Made by a program: the position numbers and the translations under genes. Shown piece after piece: positions 28,382 through 40,600 of a DNA stretch of 64,000 bases (the stretch's first letter is position 1; each line of letters begins with the position of its first letter). Source of the stretch: Eledone cirrhosa (taxonomy: Eukaryota); the NCBI GenBank assembly GCA_964016885.1, contig OZ024762.1, positions 25,916,001 to 25,980,000 of the forward strand. Reading direction: 5' to 3'. Below the pieces are notes generated by a model that was not told the DNA's origin, ran no database searches, and saw only the letters and a list, made by a program, of their open reading frames with translations.

Positions 28382-29050
28382 CCAACAACAACAACAACAA
28401 CAACACCAACAACAGCAATAACAACAACAGCAACAACGACAATAACAGCCACATTCGTGGCAAAACGCAATGACAAAAAACAACGCCAGTGACAACAACA
28501 GCAACAAAATCAACAGCTGCAGCAACAATAACAACACCAAAAGCACCTCAACAACAACAGCTGTAACACCAACAGCAACAACACCAAGAGCTCCTCCAAT
28601 AACAACAACAACAGCAATAACCACAGGAGCTATAACAACAACAGCAACAGTAGCAACAACACCAAGAGCTCTCCAATAACAACAACAGCAATAACAATAA
28701 CACCAAGAGCTCTCCAATAACAACAACAGCAATAACAATAACACCAAGAGCTCTCCAATAACAACAACAGCAATAACAATAACAACAGCAATAACAACAA
28801 CACCAAGAGCTCTCCAATAACAACAACAGCAATAACAATAACAACAGCAATAACAATAACACCAAGAGCTCTCCAATAACAACAACAGCAATAACAATAA
28901 CAACAGCAATAACAATAACACCAAGAGCTCTCCAATAACAACAACAGCAATAACAATAACAACAGCAATAACAATAGCTACAGCAATAACAACAATAACA
29001 ACAATAACAACAACATCAACAGCTACAACAACAACAACAACAACAACAGC
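28280..29050. repeat. (CAA)-derived low-complexity region with caccaagagctctccaataac tandem units
   Basis: Repeated 39-60-bp units containing in-frame TAA stops. Confidence 0.85.
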
Positions 29051-29523
29051 TACCAAGATACTCTCATGGAATGACCAAATGAGGTTTAATTTTCAACATA
29101 GTCCCTGGAAAGAAACAATGTAGTCATTAATAAGAAGTGATTAATACATGCAAGATTTCACAGCTCTAACATCACTCCAACACATACTGACCAAGATACT
29201 CTCATGGAACGACTAAATGAGGTTTATTTTTCAACATAATCACTGGAAAGAAGCAATGCAGTTATTAATAAGAAGTGTTGATATTAATACATGCAAGTTT
29301 CACAGCTCTAGCATCACTCCTTCATAGTCAGCCCATGAAATTTCTTTTAATTTTATGGAGGAAATCAGCAGAGCACGGACCAAAGACACAAGAGGAAACA
29401 ATCGGTCAGACACCGATATTTAACTATCTCCGGCTATGTGATGGGAATTACCTCCCTTAGTTATAACGACGACGTCAATTTTTAGAGCAATTATAGCTGT
29501 TTTGTCAAGCACGTGTAATAACA

Positions 29524-29581
29524 ATGTCGTCGAAAATTGTAAAACGAGCTTTGGAATTATTTGACGAACCCAAGCATGCAG
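29524..29581 (+). CDS. RPS19BP1: RPS19BP1/AROS homologue, coding exon 1 (MSSKIVKRALELFDEPKHA)
   Basis: ATG at 29524 in a CpG-richer unique stretch, 58 nt to a G|GTATAT donor (phase 1). The N-terminus resembles human AROS MSAALLRRGLELL (recalled sequence). Confidence 0.85.
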
Positions 29582-29778
29582 GTATATATTTAAGAATATG
29601 TATATACATTTAGGAATATATATAAATATATATGTGTGTGTGCTGTTTGAAACGAAAGAAAAAAACGTGGAAGTTGAGAAGTCAAGCTGTTTACATATAT
29701 ATATACACATGTATGTGTATATAAATACGTGTCTATGCATGTGCGCAATTTCAAACGATATTATATATATATTTATAT

Positions 29779-29845
<67 letters not shown>

Positions 29846-30654
29846 ACAATAGGATTTTGAACTCATGCTTGTTTGAAAATATATTTTTAAGGAAATATGA
29901 TACATAACCTTTTGTGCAGTTTATTATAATAAATTACCGTATTTTGAGCTGTTTTAACTTCTCCACCTACTTCTCACCAGTTTTTATATTTAAAAACGAA
30001 ATTATATATATATCTGATGATGGATAATCTTAATTTCTAATTTTTCATTATATATATATATATATATATATATACGGATGTGAGGTATTTAAACAATTTC
30101 TATCTTGAGTACATATTTTTCTTTGAAGTATGTGGTTTGTATATATATAATATATTGTTTTCTCTTAGATATATATGGTCCTTTCTCCTCTTTATATATT
30201 TATACATATATCTTTTACTTTTGAATTATATATATATATATATATATATACACTCACATACACACGTACGTATGTGTGTATATAAATATGTGTGTGCAAA
30301 ACCGAACGAAAGAAAGAATTTTATCAACACGTGAAAGCTGAAAGAAAATATAAATTTAGTCAAACTGTTTATATATATATATAATTAGGAGTCGAAACAT
30401 TTCGAATAGAACAGACTTTAGTTTCGGTTTTGTCCCCACACACTATGGAAAACTAAGTTTGGGTGGTGGATTGGCAGTATCGGTAGAGGGTCAGACGCTA
30501 TGCTTTGCAGCATAGAGTTACGTCTCTTTACTTACAGACCGTTCAAATCCCACCGAGGTTAACTTTGCTTTTCATCATTATGGGTTAGATAAAATAAAGT
30601 ACCAGTAATGTACTGGGGGATACTGGCCTTGTGCCAAAAGTAGAAACAATTATT

Positions 30655-31029
30655 AAAATTGGAACTCGGCTGGCCAGTGTACACACTTTCGTTAAACAGC
30701 GAGGGAAAGGTTTCGTGTGAGAAAGATCTCTCTCATATATGTATAACAATATTAACGAAGATAGCTGGTATAAATGCAGCGGCTAGTTCACTCAACAAAT
30801 CTAGTGAATTGCAGTTATACAGCTGCAATCACCTGTTCAGAGTACACATTTAGTTTTACTGTAGAGTGTTGACTGATTTTAATTAGAGATAGATGTTAAA
30901 TATATATATATTTATTTATTTATATAACACTCTGAGCAGGTGATCGCAGATGCATAACTGCGATTCACAAGATTTGTTCAATGAGCTAGACGCTGTATTT
31001 ATACCAGCTAATATTGTTATATATATATT

Positions 31030-31126
<97 letters not shown>

Positions 31127-31205
31127 TTATACCAGCTAATGTTGTTATATATATATATATAATATATATATATATACTCTAGCCAGCTGAGTTCGAATTT
31201 TAACA
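30655..31205. mobile_element. Fold-back element with two nested inverted-arm pairs in AROS intron 1
   Basis: 30742-30845 is inverted to 30928-31020, and 30655-30685 is inverted to 31176-31203. A single-arm relative is at about 47018-47172. Confidence 0.65.
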
Positions 31206-31287
31206 GTACAAACTTAGTTTTCCTTTGAGTAGAACTGCAGTATATATTAAAGAAGAAATTAAAAGATGGTTAAAAGCGTTCCATATA

Positions 31288-31353
31288 TTTTATAATGCGC
31301 ATTTCGAAAACAACATCATCCTGGGACAAAAATTGTGTTCTCATCAGATAAAA
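31288..31353 (-). ncRNA. Minimal type I hammerhead motif, antisense within AROS intron 1
   Basis: Minus strand: ttttat CTGATGA gaacacaa...ttgttttc GAAA tgcgca TT ataaaa. 6-bp stem I, palindromic stem III (ATGCGCAT). Confidence 0.78.
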
Positions 31354-31547
31354 TAAGGTAACATGATATGAGGCCTAAAAACACACATGCACATATATAT
31401 ATATAGCGAGTGAGAAGACAGAAAAGATAACGATAACAACACACAATACAAAGGAAATATATAGATATATATAACGTATATATGTGTGTGTTTACATATA
31501 TTTTCTTTCCACATGTAGACTGCTGTAACTACAGCAGTAATTCATTT

Positions 31548-32860
31548 AGTGGGCCAGTTGCAAACTATCCCTGAAAGGTCGGGCGGAGGTGGCAAACACC
31601 TATATAGCGTCTGTCATCTACTACCGCCTGATCGTCGTGCCTTGCCCAAGGGAAAGACTCGCCAAGATGGAGCGTGCACTCTTCCAATTCCTTTGGAAGA
31701 AGCAGGCTCCTTTGGTGAGGAGATCCATCTGCTGTCAACACCCTTCGAAAGGAGGGCTGGGGATGCCGTGGCTAATGATGCGTAAACACGCATTAAGGCT
31801 ACGGCACCTCCACGTATTCCTCACTGGTCAATCGGTGTGGGCCCCGTTTGTGAGACGAACCTTTCCCAGACTCGTCTCACTCACCGAGCTGCAATCCTGG
31901 GTCAAGCAAAGACCGAGAAAACTGGGCGCCTGGCACACTGAGTGTGCCCAGGTGCCCACGGCCCTCTGGCAAGTGGACCTAGTTATCAGTGGAGACTCCA
32001 CCTCGACATTCTATAGAGGGCTGGTACGCAGCAGGTGTGACGACGCCCTCGGAGAAGCCCTAGACATGGAGGAAGACGAACTGGCCAGCCTGTTCGGTAG
32101 GACATTAAGCCCGGGACCTATGGACAACTTCCAGAGGTCCCTAGCCTGGCAGTGCTACCGAGGGGCTCTACCCTTTCGAGAAAAGCTCTACAGACACGGG
32201 CGCCCGGGTTGGGACCCCGCCAAAAAGATCTGTATCAGATGCATGTGCGATGAGGAAACCGTTGCACACGCATTGGTACTCCGCTCGGGCGTAGCCGATC
32301 TGTGGGGCTATGTCGAACGACTGCTGTCATGGGTGGGACCGATCCGGTTGACCACCGAAGCCATTGTAGCGATTAAGCCGCCTCCCCCCTTCAAAAACGA
32401 AGGAGAGGCGGTGTTTCTGTGCGAAATAGCCATGGCGAAAGAAGTTGTATGGTGGACGAGTCTGAAAGGACTGAGGTCAGACACCTTTCTCTCTGGCCAA
32501 CAACTGATCCGTTTCTTCCGATATCATTTCGGAAGAAGGATCAGGATGGAGAGAGAGGTGTTCCACCCCAGCCGTTTTTATGAAAGTGGCGAGAATGGCC
32601 CGTATGAATGGGCCTTCTCTCTACATCAGCCTGTAGATGGAAATGATGAAGGAACGAGGAAGCAGCCTCTCTCTGTGCTCCTGAGGAGAAGGGTTGCACA
32701 CTTTTTTGGGGGGTGTGTGCGACCCCCCCCAAAACGCCTCCTCCCTATTGAGGATTTTATATTTGTTATTTGTTTTCTTTACTCGCCTTTTAGTGTAAAC
32801 TCCCCCCTTGTATTTGTCCCCTTCTTTTGTGCCCTCGTGGCAATAAATAGAAATATATAT
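31548..32860 (+). mobile_element. 5'-truncated Tx1-like LINE copy in AROS intron 1
   Basis: Highly similar to 57228-58570, including the 3' UTR. Confidence 0.9.
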
Positions 32861-33438
32861 TATATTCAGGGGACGGTGGAAGCACTTCTGAATCGAGAGT
32901 GTGGGTTATTCTGGTTAATTTTGTTGTAGTACTTTAGTTAATTTAGTCGTGGTAACTCTGTGAGCATGCCAGCTTGCCTCAAAAATTATTTGAGAGGTTT
33001 CCCAGGGCTCCTCGCGATATCGTTATCTTTTGCTCTGGCAGCGATTCTTTTGTGCACCTCTTTCGCCTGCCTTTTGTTGTATATGGTCCCAGATGTATGT
33101 ATTACCTGCTGGTGTGTGTGAGTTTTATTTGTAATATGATGGCGGTTATGCTGACAAATTGCTATATTGTTTAGCTGTTATTATCAAATATCAACCAAGA
33201 TATAAAATCTTTGACATGTGATAAACATAACATGTACATAAATTGTAGTGTATATACAAATAGATGAGTGTTTTGGTAGTTTGGCAAGAAAAATATAATT
33301 TCCACTGCCCCTGATACTGTATAGTTTAAAAACTGTCCCATCATATATTTAGAATTAGTTTATCTATTAACTGTCTTTCTCCTCTTGCTAAAGTAAAACG
33401 TATTTTAATAATGTGTGAGAGTGTCCGTGAAACATACA

Positions 33439-33695
33439 CCAGGTTCGAACACTAAGGAACCAAACTCTCACTGCCTCTGTCTCTCCTGCTCCCCACCCCA
33501 TCTCTCACATATAAGCCAGGTCCGAACACTAAGGAACCAAACTCTCACTGCCTCTGTCTCTCCTGCTCCCCACCCCATCTCTCACATATAAGCCAGGTCC
33601 GAACACTAAGGAACCAAACTCTCACTGCCTCTGTCTCTCCTGCTCCCCACCCCATCTCTCACATATAAGCCAGGTCCAAACACTAACGACCCAAA
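33439..33695. repeat. 77-bp tandem repeat, about 3.3 copies
   Basis: Unit starts at 33439, 33516, 33593 and 33670. Confidence 0.9.
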
Positions 33696-34304
33696 CTTCT
33701 GCTGTCACTGCCTGTCTTTCCCTGCATAGGTTAGACGAGTTGTCCTGTTGTGGGCAATGCCAGGTCAGGTGACTATATCCTGCTCATACAGAACTGATTT
33801 TGGTTTGATTTCTACAGCTGAATGCCCTTCCTAGCGCCAACCTCATTTACAGTGAGTACTGGGTGCTTTTTGTCATGACACCTACACAACCATTTTACAG
33901 TGTGGGCTGGGCACTCTTTTTTGTGACACCAACATAACCAATTTGTAGTGTGGGCTGGGTGTTTTTAATCATGACACCTACACGACCACTTTACAGTGTA
34001 GGCTGGGTGTTCTTTGTTGTGACACCTACACAACCACTTTACAGTGTGGACTGGGTACTCTTTGTTGTGATACCTTACACAACGACTTTACAGAGTAGGC
34101 TGGGTGCTTTTTATTGTGACACCTACCGTGTAGACTCTTATTTTATATATATATATATGAGTGCGTGTGTGTATATATATTTTTTTCTTTTTCTCATTTG
34201 TCTTTGTTTTTTCTTTTTTCTTTTCTACTTTCAACCTGGAATTCTGAAACTTGAAAACGTTGAAATAAAAATAACTTGAAATCCAAAAATAAAAAAAAAA
34301 ACAG

Positions 34305-34391
34305 TTTCCAAATCTGTGAAGATGAATGTCACGTCAGAAGATGGTGAGAGGAAAAAGTGGAAGAAAAGAAAAAGCTGCAAGTCCGTTGTTG
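34305..34391 (+). CDS. RPS19BP1: RPS19BP1/AROS homologue, exon 2 (VSKSVKMNVTSEDGERKKWKKRKSCKSVV)
   Basis: CAG acceptor, 87 nt, phase 1-1, open frame, G|GTAAGT donor. The basic tract ending KSVV aligns with AROS KSAL. Confidence 0.8.
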
Positions 34392-34652
34392 GTAAGTTGG
34401 TAATTTGATTTAGGCCTGAATACACGGCAGCTGAAGATTGGGGATTATTCTCGCACACATATATTAACATACACACACACACACACACACACTCTTGCTC
34501 AAACATATGCACACACACACTCACACATACTATCCAAGATCACATGTTTCATTGGATATATATGATTGATTCCTCTTAAACCCAGGTTCTCCCTCAGCTT
34601 TACCAAGCTCTGCCTTTCTCTCATACATTCAACAAAGTATAATTGATTCCTC

Positions 34653-34878
34653 TTAACCCTAAAGCCTTTACATTACTCAATATTTACTATTGTATTTTCA
34701 TTGTAAACACTTTATTTTATATAATTATCTCACATAATATTGAATCTACAAGATTTTGATATGTATTTTGAGAACAATACCTTAAAATAATTATGAGCTG
34801 GTGGTTATGGCTGGTTTGACGAGAAAAAGGTGAGAAAATTCTGGCCAGATATGGCAGGTTTAAATGCTAAAGGGTTAA
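34653..34878. mobile_element. TTAA-flanked piggyBac-like MITE in AROS intron 2
   Basis: TTAA ccctaaagc...gctaaaggg TTAA. The adjacent tandem duplicate shows the empty site (tcctcTTAAaccc). Confidence 0.85.
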
Positions 34879-35740
34879 ACCCAAGTTCTCCCTCAACTCG
34901 TACAAGCTCTGCCTTTCTCTCACACATTCAACAGAGCATGGTTGCTTCCTTTCTCTCCATTTAATTATCTATATTTTTACTATCTTCCCCAACCCTTCCA
35001 TAAAGTGATCCCCTTCCTGGAGCCATGACAAAAGAGCCCAGCCCACACTATATAGTGGTCATGCAGGTTTCACGACAAAAGCACCCAGTCCACACTGTAA
35101 AGTGGTCATGTAGGTGTCAGGACAAAAAGCATCCAGTCCACACTGTAAAGTGGTCATGTAGGTGTCACGTTAAAAAGCACCCAGTCCACACTGTAAAGTG
35201 GTCGTGTAGGTGTCATGGCAAAAAGCACCCAACACATACACTGTAAATGTTGTTGGCATTAGGAAGGGCATCCAGCTGTAGTAACCAAGCCTAAATCAGT
35301 TCAGGGTGAGCAAATCACAGTCCCCCAACCTGATCTCTCTCAAAGGCTCAACCCGCCTAGCCTTGCTAGCTTGGAAGTAGGACGTTAAACAATGATGATG
35401 ATATTTTTGTAAGTATGCGCACGTACACACATATATATATACATACTCATATATACACACATATATACACACACATATATACATACACATATGTATTTAT
35501 GGGTTATATCTAATGCTCGATTCATTTGTAAGCAAATGATCTGATTAGAAGCTGTGCCTTGCTGGTGACTAATCGTCATCTGTTTTTTCAACACTGGCTT
35601 TGAAGAACAATCAACATGTTTAATATTCAACAAAGCCAGCCGCAACCCGCTCGGTATGCAAATGAGGCTACTCAGCCTATGTATACTTAAGAAAATACTA
35701 TATATTTTCAACTGTTCAACACGTTGGCAGAGAAGTATAC

Positions 35741-35779
35741 AGTCCTGATGAAGGGTAATGACCCACGAACATGTTGATT
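35741..35779 (+). ncRNA. Degenerate minimal hammerhead motif (one A missing from GAAA), sense within AROS intron 2
   Basis: agtc CTGATGA a-gggt-aatg-accc-ac GAA catg TT gatt. Confidence 0.5.
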
Positions 35780-35887
35780 ATTTTTTATGATATTTTACTT
35801 TGTACTAAAAGAGCATTGTTTCCTTTGGTCCGATGTCATGATCAGCTCCTTTACTTTGCTTTTCTTTTCTCTGTCTGTGTCTTTCAG

Positions 35888-35991
35888 AAATCTATCGAAT
35901 GAAACAGCAAAAGAACCTTCTAGAAGACAATCTACAATCCTTACAAATGTTTACCTCAAAGAGGAAACCTGTGAAAGATACAGTGGATGAA
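35888..35991 (+). CDS. RPS19BP1: RPS19BP1/AROS homologue, exon 3 (EIYRMKQQKNLLEDNLQSLQMFTSKRKPVKDTVDE)
   Basis: Pyrimidine tract plus TTTCAG acceptor, 104 nt, phase 1-0, GTAAGT donor. YR....N.L..NL matches AROS EYRKRECRDHLRVNLKFL. Confidence 0.88.
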
Positions 35992-36009
35992 GTAAGTTGT
36001 TTGTGACTA

Positions 36010-36765
36010 CATAACACCACACCACATCACATCACACCACACTACACCACATCACACCACACTACACAACACCACATCACACCACACTACACTACACACC
36101 ACACAACCACACCACATCACACCACACTACACCGCATCACACCACACTTCACAACACCACACTGCAACGCTACATAACACCATGCCAGGCCACATTACAC
36201 CACACCACACCACATTACACAACACCACACCACATTACACAACACCACACCACACTACACAACACTACTTCACACCACACTGCACAACATCACACCACAC
36301 TACACTACACAACACCACACCACAATACACAAGACCACATCACATCACACTACACAACACCACACCACACTACATAACACCACACTACACTACACAACAC
36401 CACACCACACTACACAACACCAAACCGCACCACACTACACAACACCGCAATGCAACATAACACCATACCACGCCACACCACATTACACAACACCACACCA
36501 CATTACACAACACCACACTACACAACACCACACCAAACCACACCACACCATACTACATCACACCACACTACATCACACTACACAAAACTACACAACACCA
36601 CACCACACCACACCACGCCACATCACACTACACCACACCACACTACATCACACCACACCACATCACACTACACAACACCACACCACGCCACACCACACCA
36701 TACTACATCACACCACACCACATCACACTACACCACACCATACTACACAACGCCACACTACACCA
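36010..36765. repeat. Degenerate (CACCA/CACTA)n pentanucleotide satellite in AROS intron 3
   Basis: Direct inspection. Confidence 0.9.
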
Positions 36766-37431
36766 GGCCACTGTTTATCCTGGTTTCTGTGGCATGAAGT
36801 GACTGAGAGTACAAAACTTTACCTTGCACAGGAAGCCAGTCCATCATAAGGTTAAACCCCCAGCTATTACTGGTACTCATTTTCAGCTGAGTATACTGGA
36901 GCAACGGGAAATAAAGGGTTTAGCTCAAGAACACAAGACTCAACCCAGGAATTGAACCTGCGACATTATGATCGTAAGTCCAAAACCCATAACACCATCT
37001 GCTTGAGTATTGACTGAGTCTGGGGAAACCTGCCCAATACTTACCGGCAGGGAAGACGGGCATAAACCCTTCCAAATTCATTCTTGTTAATTTTCAAATC
37101 ATTATCATTTTTACATCCGTTGTTCCACACTTGCATGGGTTGGACAAGTCCATCTAAGGACAGCATTTCTCCACTTGTCACATTCCACTACCAACACCTC
37201 CATTACCACTTCTACCAGCACACCACCACCACCACCAGCATCAATACCAACATCACCACTACTACCAGCACCATCAACACCACCAACACTAACACCATGA
37301 CCAACACCACTGCCACCATCCCTAATATCATCACCAGCACCATCAACACAATCACCTACAACAAGACAACACTAACATCACCAACACCACCACACAAAGA
37401 ATTAATTATTTCTTCTCTGTCTATTTTACAG

Positions 37432-37590
37432 ATAATCAAGGGTACCTGTAATTCAAAAAAACAGTTCATTTTTGGTAAAAAACACAAATTAAAAACAAAT
37501 AAGATGAAAAAAGAGATGAAGAAAGACCCTAAAAAATCTGTCTTTGATGAGGGAGATTTCAAAACATTTTTCAAAGAATACCAAGGTTAA
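37432..37590 (+). CDS. RPS19BP1: RPS19BP1/AROS homologue, last coding exon (IIKG...KKSVFDEGDFKTFFKEYQG*)
   Basis: TTTTACAG acceptor, phase 0, TAA stop. The C-terminus matches the AROS motif GTVFTEEDFQKFQQEYFGS. The spliced product is 135 aa (human about 136). Confidence 0.9.
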   Translation: MIKGTCNSKKQFIFGKKHKLKTNKMKKEMKKDPKKSVFDEGDFKTFFKEYQG

Positions 37591-37679
37591 AAATAGAGGT
37601 AAACAACAGGATATATATATATATATAATAAATATATTTGACATACTTTCGTTGTTTTTATTTTGGTTTATTATTCTAC

Positions 37680-40600
37680 TTTATTCCAAATGCATGTTTT
37701 TTATCGCTAATGCTGGGTCCTGAGGGTTCCAGTCCTAAGTCTTGTTGTTGTGTCCACAAGAGTGTCAGTTACAGAGCTTGGCTAGATGTGGTTCTGCCAC
37801 AGCTGAACACATTGCTGTGTTTCAGGAGTGTTCCAGCAAGGGGCATATCAGGAGGTGCCGTGTGGTCTGTGGTTCGATGCCGCAGTCACACGTAAAGTAA
37901 AGCCACTAAATATATATACACCACACTATATATATATATATATAAACAAACAACATTATATATATACAAGAATAAACGAGAGTCTTCTTGTCATGTCCAC
38001 AAGAGCGTCAGTTACAAAAATAGGCTAGATGTGGTTCCGCTACAGCTGAACACATTGCTGTCCTTTCTCATTAAACTCTGCCAAGTCCAATACTGTGTAG
38101 GGGTGTTTCAGCAGGAGGTGCTGCGTAGTCTGTGCTGCAATGTCACAGTCACACACAACGTCCCCATCCTTTAAATATCCCCTGAGTGTCATTGTCGTAT
38201 TTGTTGATTTAGCCCTCTTTCACTGTTAGCAAGATTTTGGGCAGATCTACATAGACCAAGTCAGTACTGAAACAACTCTACTTTATTCCAAATACATATA
38301 TTTTAACCCTAATGTTGGGTCTTGAGGGTTCCAGTCCTGAGTGTCATCATCTTCGTTATTTTAATGTCTGCTTTCCCTGCTAGCAAGGTTTGGACAGGTC
38401 TACATAGACCAAGTCAGTGCTGAAGCAGGGCCACAGGCCGAGGAAGTTTGTATCATGCTTTACATACGGTCATTATCAAGTACAGAGAAGAAGTTGTGTG
38501 TTTCAACACAAACTGAAAGTTCCTCCTAACTCTGTGTTGGGTAAGCTTTCTATGGCTGGATGTCATACTTATCACCAACCACTTTACAGCATGTACTAGG
38601 TACATTTATCGTGTAGATCACCAGCACTAGGGGAGTTGTCATACTCTTGAGAAAACTAAAGGGTCCTCATAACCCTTTGTTTGGTAAGCTTTCTATGGCT
38701 GGATGCCCTTTCTATCATCAACAACTTTACAGTGTGTACTGGAGATTAATATATAACCAGCTGAGTATTCCACAGACATGGTGTCTTATTCTTTAATGTC
38801 CTGTTTCCCAGCTAGCAAGGGTTGGACAGGTCTTCACTGGCCAAGGCAATATTGAGGCATGGCCACAGATAGACCAAGGAGGTCTGTATCCTACTTACAT
38901 ACAGTCATTATCAAGTACAGAGGAGAAGATATGTCTTTCAACACAAATTGAAGGTTCCTCCTAACCCTGTATATACTGGAATATAAGCTGAGGAACTCGA
39001 CCAGTAGGGTTATTGGATCCTGAGGGTTCCTATCTATGGCTGTATGCCCTTCCTATCACCAACTACTCCAGGGTGAATTGTGTAGAACACTAAGGAGGTG
39101 GTCATACCCTTGACACAACTGAAGGGTCCTCCCAAGCTTTCTACGTCTGGGTGTCCTTCCTATCACCAACCTCTTTACAGCATGTACTGGGTCTGTTTAT
39201 TATACAGTTCACCAACACGGGTGGTGGTTATGCCTCTGAGAAAACTGAAGGGTCTGCACAACCCTTTGTTTGGTAAGCTCTCTATGGCTGGATACCTTTC
39301 CTATCATTAACAACTTTACAGAGTGTACTGTAGATTAATATATCCAGCTGAGTATTCCACAGACATGGTGTCTTACCATCAGTTAATGTCCTGTTTCCCA
39401 GCTAGCAAGGGTTGGACAGGTCTTCACTGGCCAAGGCAATACTGAAGCAGGGCCACAGATAGACCAAGGAGGTCTGTATCCTACTTACATACAGTCATTA
39501 TCAAGTACAGAGGTGAAGTTGTGTCTTTCTACACAAACTGAAGGTTCCTCCTAACCCTGTATATACTGGAATATGTGACCAGTAGAGTTACTGGTCCCTA
39601 ATACTGTATCTTGAGGGTTCCTGTCTGGCCGGATGTCTTTCCTATCACCAACCCCTTTACAGTATGTATTGGGTGTGTTTATTGTGCAGATCACCAGCAA
39701 TAAGGTGGTTGTTATGCCCTTGACACAACTGAAGGGGCCGCACAACCCTTTGCTTGGCAAGTTTTCTATTGCTGGATGTCCTTCCTATCACCAACAACTT
39801 TACAGTGTGTACTGGAGGTGAATATATAACCAGCTGAGTATTCTACAGACATGGTGTCTTATCATTTAATGTCCAGTTTGCCTGCTAGCATGGGTTGGAC
39901 AGGTCTACATAGACCAAGTCAGCCCTGAAGCAGGTCAAATGATGTCCCAGCCAGACCAAAGGGGTCTGTATCCTACTTACATACAGTCATTATAAGTACA
40001 AAGGATGGTGGATTGGCAGATTAGGTAGAGGGTCGGACGCCCTTGCCATTCTGAGTTCAAATCCCGCCGAGGTTAACTTTGCCTTTCATCCTTACGGGGT
40101 CGATAAAATAAAGTACCAGTCATACACTGGGTATTTGCTGGCCTTGTGTCAAAAGTAGAAACAATTATAAGTACAGAGGAGAAGTTGTCTTTTGACACAA
40201 ACTGAAGTATCCTCTTAACCCTGTATATACTGGAATATAAGCCAATGAACATGTGACCAATAGGGTTACTGGAATCTGAGGGTTCTGGTTGTTCAACAAT
40301 CAAATATAAACAATTCTGTATTGCACAGACACAGGGTTTTATCATCATTGTCGTCGTTTTCTTGCTAGCATGGGTTGAATAGATCTATATAGACCAAGTC
40401 AGTACTTAAGTAGGGCTACTGATCCCTAATGCTGGGTCCTGAGTTTCCCAGTTAGGCCATCAAATATTTGTGGTTGAGTATTTCACAGACTCAGCCACAA
40501 GTTGAAGTATGCTCTTAACCCTGTATATACTGGAATATAAGCTGAGGAATGTGACCAGTAGAGTTACTGGTCCTTAATAGTAAATCCTGAGGGTTCCCGT

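Noticed and set aside
25184-29056. 1290-aa and 856-aa ORFs as genes
   Set aside because: Pure trinucleotide repeat translations with non-ATG starts and no domain content.
30012-30080. CTGATGA in (TA)-rich intron sequence
   Set aside because: No matching GAAA/NUH arm nearby.
37037-37060. U1 snRNA 5' end (atacttaccggcagggaaga)
   Set aside because: Similarity stops after about 20 nt, with no U1 stem-loops or Sm site.
37084-37431. 5' part of the 168-aa ORF as coding
   Set aside because: Low-complexity intronic sequence upstream of the exon-4 acceptor. Only 37432-37590 is AROS.
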